NCBI RefSeq assembly: GCF_036321535.1
Contig: NC_087438.1
Coordinates: 3,908,001 to 3,972,000 of the forward strand
From: Camelus dromedarius
Lineage: Eukaryota
Direction of reading: 5' to 3'
DNA: 64,000 nt
In this document: positions 25,331-35,818 of the stretch, one piece after another
Layout of the letters: each line of letters opens with the position of its first letter
How positions within the stretch are numbered: the first letter of the stretch is position 1
Position numbers and translations under genes: made by a program
Notes under the pieces: generated by a model
What the model saw: only the letters and a program-made list of their open reading frames with translations
What the model was told of the DNA's origin: nothing
The model's database searches: none

Positions 25331-27469
25331 GACAGAGGCATCTTGTTCTTTCTGTCACCCCCAGCCCCACTGTGTGCTTTTACAGGTGGAGAAACTGTAG
25401 GAAAGCACAGCTTGGTTACTGCTCTGAAGTCCTCCTTCACAGGCTGTGAGCGCTGGCAACTCACGCCAGACCGTATTGCAAGTATGAGGCAAACAGGGCT
25501 GACGGTGGTGTCTTGGCCTCATCTCGAGCACATCAGGTCTCGTTTGGTGGAGGGAGAAATGCCTATATTCAAAGTGGCCTTTCATATCTTTTGAGAACAC
25601 CAAAGCCCTGAATCCTCCTCACAGCCTCTTTTCTTGACCTTTGATGGAAATGTCTCTTTATAAATATTAATATTCCTTTTGATTTTTCCAGTCTTGCAAT
25701 TGGGCAGGCGTGAACCATCTGAGCCTGGGGAGTTGGGGTAAGAAGGCGCTGAGGTAAACCCTCCTTCATATTTTATCTTTTCAGATACCCTGTGGGTGCC
25801 AGGATTTGCCTGTACGTGGGACGCCTTGGTCACTGTTCGAGCAGCCTGACCCAGATGGAGGGAGCCAGGCTTAGCTCTTCTGCAGTCCATAATCTTGGTA
25901 ATTTTCCAGATTAATATCACACTTAAGAAAAACATGTTTTCACTACCTGCTTTGTCAGCCAAATTGTTCGCAAATATTTTGTGATTTTTCTTCTCCCCTA
26001 AAAAAAAAAAAAAAACGCTTAGCTAAATCTGTCTTCATAGGAACCATGCCCCCTATCTACTCAGAAAGAACTATGACAATGTGCTTTATTGGTTTTTTGG
26101 GGAAAAAAAAACTGTATTAACCAGACTGTGAATCGTGACATATTTCTGGGGACCAAGGTCATCAGTGGCAGCAGAGATGAGTACCACAAAGAGGATTACA
26201 GAAGTGCATTGCTGCCCACATACGACCTCCCAGCCAAGTCTGTTATGAATTTCCAGTGTGAGCACAGACTATTGATTCAAAGCTGCCACCTGCTACTTAG
26301 CCACATAGAGAGACAGGAGCTTAATAGATCAGACGCTATTTTCTACTTAGTCTCAGATGGTAGCCCAGAATCGATATCCTTAAATCAAGCATCTCTATAT
26401 TAAGCCAGAGGAGGGACATTTATTATAATTCTGTTTTTTTTCTTGTCATCAGCACACGGAAGCAGGCTCAGCGCTCCAGCTTTCCACGGCTTGTGGCTCT
26501 AAATATTTCCTTGTGTTGGTCTCCATAATTATATTCTCTTTAAACTACGCAGAGTCTGGAACAGGCTTACACTAAGGAGTGTTTTCCAAAATTACTTCGA
26601 CTATTTGAAAAGATTAAATATTAAAAACTGACCTAACGGCACTTCCTTTGAGAACTGGATAAAAGTGAATCAATCAGTACAAAATGAAGGCAGTGCAAAT
26701 CCAGCAACGATGAAAATAGCACCAAAGCCAAGGGGTGAGCAGGTGCAGGGGAACCTGAGACGCGTTGAGAGATAGCGGGGCAGAGTCTGCGCAGGCTGTC
26801 TCGGGGAGAAACCAGTTTATCTAAATTAAAAAAAAAAATTCTTGACCTCACCCTCTGAGGGGATTTGTTGGAGGAAACTTCGCAGATTCCTGAGCAATGT
26901 AATGAGTCTCACAGCTAGCAGTGCTGCGCAGACATCAGAGGGTGCTGTTAGAGAGTTGCCCCTTTGATGAAGGTCAAGTTCAGGTTGAAGGGGTTTGATC
27001 AAGTTGGTTCTGCTGGAAAACAGACGACTGGCTTGTTTCTGCAGCTTTGTGGATGTTCAACTTCACTGAAAATTTTGTGGGAAAATTTAAGTTCTAAATT
27101 AAATATTAGAAAATATCATTTTATGCTAAACTAGACCAACTGTGTTATGAGACAGAGACCAAGATTTTCATCAGCTTGGCGATAAAGGACCCTGTGGAAG
27201 GCAGTCAGTATGAGTGCATCTGTGTTCAGGTTGTAAAGATGGGGTGTTCTCCTAAAATCAACCTTCCCCTTTAAAACTGGGAATTTGAGCAGTCAGAAGG
27301 CTTTTCTTACTTTTAAAAAGATCTCGGTAGCATTTTGGCAAAGATTGAATGGGAATTTAAAAGCCCTTGGATCCAAATTGGTATTATCCAGCTTGGTCCA
27401 TGAAAAAAAAAAAAGAAGTTCCTGTCTGTGAACTTGAGAGTTATTAAAAATCACAAAGCTAATACTTGC

Positions 27470-27675
27470 GTAGCACACACCACACACCAAGATCTGTTCT
27501 AATCACTTTGCTCAGTTCATCGTCCAAGAGTCCTCCTAAGCGAAAATGAATATTAGCTTCCATTTCTAACAATGAGGAAGTGGAGGCACTAAATGTTCAG
27601 GAATGACCTGGGGTCACCCTGCCGGTGAGTGACAGAGCTGGGTTCCAACCCAGGGTCTCCATTCTCAACTGCTGA
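27470..27675 (-). mobile_element. MIR SINE
   Basis: 'ccattttctaacaatgaggaagtggaggcac...gacctggggtcaccctgccggtgagtgacagagctgggttccaacccagg'. Confidence 0.75.
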
Positions 27676-28339
27676 GCGACACTCTCCACCTCACCACAAC
27701 CTTTTTTTTGAAAACTTAATTTGTACTTAACCTTTGTATTATTGATAAGACAAAGACAAATATCATTAACTCCAGTGTTTTAATTTTCTTCCTCATGTAA
27801 GGTACTACACCTTTTAACAATGAGAAACAGTGAGAAAATTGTCATGGAAATTCCAGAGTTAGCCCAGCAGAATGTTTAGGTTGTATTTCAAGGTATCCAA
27901 CTGGGGTTTTGTTTGTTTCTGCAACAAAGGTGAGTTAGACTTGAAGGTCTCCGCTGATGCTGGAGGGAGCACAAGTTAGGTGAGGAATTTAGCAGTGCTG
28001 GGGTCTCCAGGACGGCCAGATCTAAGTGACTCAGTGGGTATCTGTTATTTTGGTTGTTACCCTAAATGTGCTTTCACAGCAATGGTAACAACAGCGCACA
28101 GGCAACAATCACTACAACTTCTCAAGCACCTACTATGACCAGCACTGTGTTTCTCTCAGACCATTTCATTTAAATCTCACAGCAGCCCACTAAGGACAGT
28201 CAAACGCCACCCACATCTATTCTGGCTTCGATGCTGAGGCTCTTAATCACTAGGACATGCTGCTTCCTGGGGAAAGGAGGAACAAAACCTCTTGTTGGGT
28301 TGAACGCGGGAACTTGCAAACTGAGGATGTGTGGAATGC

Positions 28340-28660
28340 GTTCCTTCACTTACCCGAGCGTTCATCTAGCAGGATTCAGCAAATATTTATCTGAGCCGCT
28401 TCTGTGTGCGGCGTGGGCCACGCACTGCAGTTGCATGGAGGTAAAGAAGAGGCAGTCCTCACCGAGTTTACACTTCACTTGGGGAAACTGAAATAAAATA
28501 ATTGCGAGGGGCGGTTCACTCCCACTGAGAGGTACGAGGAAATACTCACAGAGGCAAAGCCAAGACGTCGAAACTCTAAGATTGAGTGGGATGGAACGGG
28601 CAGAGAAGCGGAAAAGGGCAGCTCCTCCAGAGGAAAAGGAAAGTTAAAGGCACAGAAATA
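28340..28660 (-). mobile_element. L2 3' fragment
   Basis: 'ttcagcaaatatttatctgagccgcttctgtgtgc' L2 terminus pattern. Confidence 0.55.
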
Positions 28661-29210
28661 GGGGGAAGAAATCTTTACTCCATAATGAAACGTTGGATAG
28701 AATGGAACATCTTTTTAAGTCACCTAAAATACGATTATCTTAATTCAAGATAAAAATGAAAAGAAATTGCAGAGATGATTCAAGATTAAAAAAACCCAAA
28801 TATAGATTTGGTTGTTGCAAAGGTTAAGCCCATCGGATTAATGGTGGTGGCACTGAAAACGGTCCCTGTGTGATAAGGGCAGAATGAAAAAAGCTTCCGG
28901 ACCACGTGCTTAACCCTATTATGCGGAGTTCTGAATAAATACTGTTATGCAACCGCCACCCTTTGCTGTAAAAATTGGTGTTTATCCACTCTGCTGCAGA
29001 AATGCTTTCACAGAATGTGTTTCTCACCAGGGTTTTAAAATATTTACATCTGCTGATTAATAATTTATCGTTGGCGTTCAGGACCTTAGACTCATGAATA
29101 ATTGACGTGCTCATTTAAGATTTGCAACTGTTCTGTATAATGATGAAGCGCACCAATCTAAGTGTCCCCAGTGCTTCCGCGGTGAGCGTCTGCCGTGAAA
29201 TCAGGCTTAC

Positions 29211-29287
29211 CTGCAGTTTTACAGAGGTTGAAAATAAAGACGCAAAGCAAGTAAGGCAGGAAAACACTTTTCTGCACCAGACGTTCT
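29211..29287 (-). other. Candidate 77-nt exon encoding a hydrophobic, signal-peptide-like segment
   Basis: Acceptor cttccccttgcttcacag|, donor CAG|GTAAGC. The phase 2-1 frame gives ERLVQKSVFLPYLLCVFIFNLCKTA. Confidence 0.25.
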
Positions 29288-31717
29288 CTGTGAAGCAAGG
29301 GGAAGCCGCAGTCCTCGCGGCCACACTAAGACGTGGTTTCGTGGGCCACAGCCTAACCTGAAGGAAGGGGACCTGGAATCTGGTTAAACTCCACTTTGCT
29401 GCTGTAGCCTGTTCAAGTTATTGAGGAGCAGTTTGAAATGCAAAAATGTAATATACATGTGTCAGTGTGTGTATGTGTTTCCAACTACCGTCCGTTTAAT
29501 TATTATGGCAGTGTTTTTAAAAAAAAGTGATTAAAAACCAGTGAGAAGCTAGTCTCAGGCTTTACGTGGCTGCCATCCTAACTGTCACGTTGGTCATACA
29601 GACATGTTCATTGCTAACTCTACTCCCTTCAGAGAATTCAGCGTTGGTTATTGGCAACTGAATGTCAAAATAATTCTTTAACTTCAAAAAGAAATTCCAA
29701 ATCTGACAGTTAAAAGATCTATACAAAAAAAAAAAAATAGAAGACTTGTGAATATAAGTTTCCATTAAATTGTTGTTCTTTCCCCTGGCAATCGAGTGTG
29801 GGGGTTCATGTGGTCATCCTCCGCATGGCTCATGAGCTATGGGCAGCATCATGAAAAAGACACCGTTTGTATTTGTTTTTCTACTTCCACACATAGATCC
29901 CTCTAACTCTCTTCTTGGGATCATGACCCATGAGCAGCATAATCTTTTCCAGGTCATTTCTGGCTCCTCTACAAGAAAATCTCGTTCTGAGTTTTATTTA
30001 TTTTTCTTTTCTTTTATAAAATGACTTTCTAACTCTCGTCAAAGTAGTTACAGGAAGCATGTCATAGCACCACGATTTCTGGGGGTATATTCAGAAGTCT
30101 TGTGATTCCCAAAGGGTGACGTTTCAAGCACAGCGAGACAATGGACAAAGGTGCTTTCTCAGGACCACCACGCAATGCGTCTGAGCCGATACCCACCTCT
30201 CTTAAAGATGCTGGATGGCTCTGCCCACGATGCGCTAAAGTGGATGCCTCATTGCGTCGCGTCTGGCTGGAGTCTCCAAGGCCCTAGAGGCTGGCGAGCA
30301 CCCGCATCCCTGTGTACAAACACACACTTTCTCATTTGTCTATTTGGACCGATGTTTCTTGCTCTTGTCTTCCCTGGCTGTGTGAAAAATCTCGGTTGGC
30401 TCCAAACTTTGTGTCGTGCTATTCATTACAAGCTTCCCTTGCTTGTGCAATTTATTTGAGACGTCTGTGTTTTATCGACTTCAGCTCCTCCAAGCTCCTT
30501 CCAAGCACCTTCAGTTTCATCTGTCCGTGTCCGGGGATAAGACACGGGCATCAGTCCAGGGCTGTCCATATAAAAAGAAACTGCTCTACAGTTCAAAACA
30601 CAGGGAACTTAATCTTGGAAGTCGTTTGCACAGCAATGCGAGAGCTGCGAAGCTAAGTGGGAGCAGTGATGTAACAGAGATGAATCAATACGTGATTTCT
30701 CAAGGCTGGAGCCCGGGAGTAAGTAGTGCGACCAGGGCCAGGGGCTGAGGTCATGACGCAGGAAAAAAAAACACCAGGGTGGAAATTTCCAGCAAGAGCT
30801 TGAGTCAGAAAGAAAAGTATGAGATTACAGAGGTAGTGATGAGGGTGGACAGGATCCAAGGCAGATGGGGAGAAATACCTTGCCCTGTGCCTTCCTCCCT
30901 CCTTGCCTGCAGTCTCCCTCCAGTTTCAGCCATTGTCCAAACCAGCAGGAATCCGCTGACATGAGGCCTGGGCCTTGCAGCCCGTCCCACAATATTTCTG
31001 TGCTGTAGATGAGCACAGGGACGGTTTGAGGACTGGATCTGCTGGCAAACAGCTCAAAGACCAGCTCTGGGTGTCCTGCCATCCCCATCATGCTCTGAGA
31101 AGGGGCCTGAGAGACACATTAGTGCGCATCTCCAAGATGGAATCTGGCATGAGGCTGGGCTCCACTGTCTTGGCAAGCAGATAAAGGTGACAAGTCAGAA
31201 TGTATAGTTTTCCCAATAAAATATACCATGGTATGAAAGACATTTGAATACATTCTTAAAACCCACCGAAATGCAGTTCATATGAGGAGATGACTAATTG
31301 TCAGACTAAGTTAAATTTTATAGCATGAAAAATCCTCAGAGTGTCTTTTAAAAAGGTAACTTCAAATTAAATTGACAGAAATATGCCTTAGGGTTGAAAT
31401 AATGTATAAAATACGTATAGAACATTAGAACCGTTACAAGGCACAAACACGTAGGTGAAATGAATTAAAAATTGTCATATCCTTAAATTTAATCACTTCA
31501 AAGTTGCATAATAAACTTAAGGCAAAGATTATCTGTGTCAGCTCCACAGGAAAACAATGGGGCAAGAAACATGCCAAGGGATGTGAACACGGGCACCTTA
31601 TTCTTAAGAAGGGATCACCTATACCGTGGACATCTTGGATATGTAATTTAATCATGTAGAGGGGAATCACGTTTAGTCAAGATAAAGATATTAAAGACTT
31701 GCGATAAGAGGCAGTCA

Positions 31718-32695
31718 CTGTCGGTTGATCCCCCTCAACCATCTCTCTCCCCACTTCTTTAGCCAGAAGCCCAGGCTTTTATTTCCAGGTCTTGGGTGGC
31801 AATGTGCTCATGGACTAGGAGTCTCTTGCCCAGCCTCTGGGCATGGAGATGCATGATAATACCAGTAACTGGGTACCAGTCGGGGCTCAAGGCAGGAAAC
31901 AGAATCCACAAGGAGCATTTCAAGTAGAACGTCGTTTAACACAGAGATTAAGAAATGGAGGCGGTCAGGAGGTACCACTGGCTGGCTTCAATGGCACAGG
32001 ACTGAGCCACGGAGAGAGTAGGGAGCTTCTACCATCACTGGCATCAATCACCACAACCACCTCACGTCACAGAGCTGCCGTCTAGACGCTGAAATGTGGA
32101 TTCCAGCCACTGAATGCACTCCTAGTGGTCTGGGAGCCACAGTGTCAGGGAGATGGGTCCCACCGCAGGTCTGACTGGAACATTTCATACAAGCATATCT
32201 CACTGGCAGTTCACGATCCAGGACTCCAGCTGGAAGGGAGTTTTTGAAATGTAGATTTGAGATATCCAGCCCCTTCAACATATGAAGGAGGGACATATAA
32301 AGGGCAGAAATGTTGACTGAGTGTTTACAGAAAATAATTAGCACAGTATTTGACTTTGAGATTTAAGGCTATGACTGCTGTTGGACTTTTCTGGGAAAAT
32401 CTAATATCCTGATAAAAGATATACTTGGGAAGAAATTCCCTTTCTTCCTTTGGAGGAGAATATTATGTCTAGAACTCTGGCTTCTTCTTGCAATCCTAGA
32501 GGGTCAATACTCTAGGGAAAAGCCAATAAACTTGGAGGGATAGTAGAATGGAAATCACCAGGTCCTTGATGACAGAGATGTGTCAGCGATCTGACCAACC
32601 CTGCAAGAGCTTGCCTCCAGACTTCAAGGTGGGGGAGACCTCACATTCCCCTCACTGTGAGGTAAGTATCCCTTAACACGCAGCTAAAAAGCCCT
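31718..32695 (+). mobile_element. Old MaLR LTR (MLT1K/L-like), interrupted by a second LTR
   Basis: 5' part 'gggtggcaatgtgctc...cccagcctc'; 3' part 'ccaggtccttgatgaca...accaaccctg...cctccagacttc'. Confidence 0.6.
31872..32343 (-). mobile_element. ERVL-class LTR (LTR41-like) nested in the MLT1
   Basis: 'gtaccagtcggggctcaaggcaggaaacagaatccac...tttaacacagag' and 'ccagctggaagggagtttttgaaatgtag...tccagcccc'. Confidence 0.5.
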
Positions 32696-34539
32696 TCCCC
32701 CAGGAGGTATATATTTCACTGCAACGGCTTGTAGAAACAACTCTGTGGAGCTCAGTAACAAATTCTGAAACCACGGCTGTTGTCACCAAAAAACGGTTGA
32801 GTTTTTCTCCCGAAATTATTCTGTGCAACCCCGTCATTCAAAATATGCAAGAAATTCCTCATAAACAGCTCTGGCTCTCCATCGTCTTGACATTTCTCCT
32901 TTCGACTTCACAATCGTGAAATAGTTGGGAATCTCTTAGAACCATTCTTCTGAAACTCATACTGCACACGATGAGTTCCTTTCTATTTCAAACATTTAAC
33001 GTCAGGTAGTTTATATCACTATTTCTGTTGTAAGAAGATGAATGCCGCATGTTGATATAATTTGCATGCCAAGTTCCCTAGCAGAAAGATTGGTCCTGTT
33101 TAAGACAGCTGCCTTACCAGCTGTCCTAATGGCCACTGGGCAAAATGCGAAATCCAAAAAGCTTTCCACCATTTCTCTGGGCTGAGGTGCCTCTAGACTG
33201 ACCTATCTAACTTCCTTTATGCCTGCGTGCCCATCTAAAAGATTTTAAATATCTATTTCAATTACTGCTTGCTGCGTCATAGTTTAAAATAGGTAGGGGA
33301 ATAATATAAATTTGGAAACACTGCTTATTCACAAAGCACTATTTTTTGTCTGCTATTTGTTCTTCTCTGTGCTGTACATTGGAGCTGCAGGGTGAACAGG
33401 ACATGCTCTCAGGAAAATGCACTCTGCCAGGGGAGGCCAACATGTGAACAGGAGGCCTGGCTTCACAGCATCTCTTCTCAAAGTATCTCAGAGTGGTCGG
33501 GAAGTGGAAGGACCGCGGGTATTTACTAGTATTAAGTGATTCTATAAAAACCACAACAATCATGCTTCTCATCTTCCATGCATGAAGTACCCTCATATTA
33601 CCTATTGTAAATGAATTTTAATGGTTCAAGTTTTGTAAAAACACAGTTTCTAGGAAAAGTATGAAATTAAACCCCAGAGGGTCAATAGCCCATTGATTCA
33701 GTTAATGAATAATCTGTATCTGGTTTTCCTGGAAAAATTACTTAATCTCATTCTTCACTTATAGTAAAATACATCCTATGGAAGATTCACATAGGGTCAT
33801 TAATCCATCTAAAAGGAACCAAAACAAACTAGCGACTGTGCCAATAGGTTAAGTTACAATATTCTGCAGAAAGAGCCCCAAGCCACACGGTCCTATCACT
33901 GCAAAGGTCGATATTTTGTTCAGACCTCATGCCCAGAAAGCTCTGCTCGTGTGGCCCCTCAGGTCCCTGGGGTGGGGCAGCCTCTACTTTCTACTATGGG
34001 GGGAAGAGAATAAGGCTGACCATACGTACAGTGTCTTCTGTCTACAAATGTCACACATCCCATCTCACATCTCCTCTGCCACAGTGTGGGGCTGACTGTG
34101 TTCGTGGTGGCATGAAAATGCAAGTGCAGTCCTATCATGTGTCCAGAAGGAGGAAAACTCGAAATGTGGACACGACTCTGGGCCACCTCAGCCAAAGAGT
34201 TGTCCAGAGAGCCCTGGTCATTCCTTTCATCGCCTGTAGGTGGTTTTGGTTTTCTGGTTCTCAGGAGAGCTGGAGAGAGGTCGTTTGCCCCTGAGGTTGT
34301 CTCCTTTGCCAGATGTCCATAACCCTCTGTCCTCTGCCTTGTCCCGCCTCCAGCACCAAGCCCTGATCTCAGTGGACACCACATTGTTATGCTACGTCTT
34401 CCTCTTGTTAAGATTGGAAAGTGTCTCCACGAGAATTTCAGGGGCTACAGGGAATGAGGAGCCTTCTTTGCTCCCATGACCTTGGAAGACCTGTCTATCA
34501 ATCTTCCTGCTCAGGTGCAGAAGCTTCCATGACCAGCCT

Positions 34540-35345
34540 ACTCCTCAAAGACTTCGCTCCATCAATCACTTCCTCTGCTTAGGTGATCAGTGCCCTCTTT
34601 GCTCCTGGAATCCTCCCCAGCAGATGGCACTATGACCCCATAACCATCGTCCCGACACCCTGCTTTTTCCTCACCAGGGGTCCCCTCTTCAGTTCACATC
34701 AGTGCAGCTTCTACTCCAAACCCAGCCTAGAAGCCTTTCTTCCTTGAGTCATCAATGACCTCTTTATGGTTAAACTGATACACTCCTGTCACTTTTCAGG
34801 AATTCACTTGAAGAACTTGACCTTCCACCTTGCCCTGCCCCTCCCATAGACCCGCTTTATAAAATCCTCCCTGTTTCTCAGTGTGGTCTTTTTCAGGAAA
34901 CACCTTGTAAATGTCACTTAACTCCAGGGCCCTGTGCCCTCCTTTTTCCATTTGTGGACAGTGTGGGCTCTTCCACTGTGAACCAATGGCCCCATGTCCT
35001 GTGTCCCTGATCTCTGGAAAGAGCACCACCATCCACTCGGTTCCTACACAGAAACCTACATCCAAGCAGTTGTCTGCCCATCTCCCTAGTATTCCTGAAA
35101 CTGTCCTTTTCTCCATTGTCACTGCCAGAGACCAGGTCACTTTGGATCTTGTCAGGATGCTTCTCAACGGGATGCTCTGCTTCCAGGTTTATCTGTCTCT
35201 AACCCACCTTCCCCAGTCAGAGAGGACTCTTTCCAAAATACAAATTAGACCTTGTCTCTCCTCCTTCCTTAAAAAAAAACAAAAACAAAAACAACAGCTA
35301 GACAGAACCCACAGTCCTTGCCCAAAACCCTGGGGTGGCCCCAGG
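34540..35345 (+). mobile_element. L2 LINE fragment
   Basis: 'gtcatcaatgacctc', 'tctctggaaagagcaccaccatccactcgg', 'ccagtcagagaggactctttccaaaatacaaatt'. Confidence 0.65.
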
Positions 35346-35408
35346 CCTGTGTCAGCATTCAATTTTTTCTGATTTTTATAAAGTAATATGGTGGCTTTAT
35401 AAAGTAAA

Positions 35409-35818
35409 TATGATCATTAACGTTATGTGTCAACCAGGCTAGGCCACAGTGCCCATATATTTGGTCAAACATATTTTAGATATTTCCATGAAGGTATTTT
35501 TAAAAACAAAATTAACATTTAAATCAGTAGATTTTGAGCAAAGCAGATTGCCCTCCACATATCATATGTGGATGGGCCTCATCCAATCAGTTGAAGGACT
35601 TAAGAGAAAAAGACTGAGGTCCCCCAAGGGAAAAGGACTTCTGCCTTCGGACTTAAACTGCAGCATCAACTCTTCCCTGGGTATCTAGTCTGCTGCCTGC
35701 CCTGCAGATTTTAGTCTTGTCAGTCCTCATAATCCCCTGAGACAATTCCTTAAAACAAATCTCTATTTATCTACCCATCCCATTGTTTCTGCTTCTCTAG
35801 AAAACTCCTACTAATGTA
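35409..35818 (+). mobile_element. MLT2B-like ERVL solo LTR
   Basis: 'ttatgtgtcaaccaggctaggccacagtgccca', 'gggcctcatccaatcagttgaagg', 'gactgaggtccccc', and terminal 'tctagaaaactcctactaat'. Confidence 0.9.
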
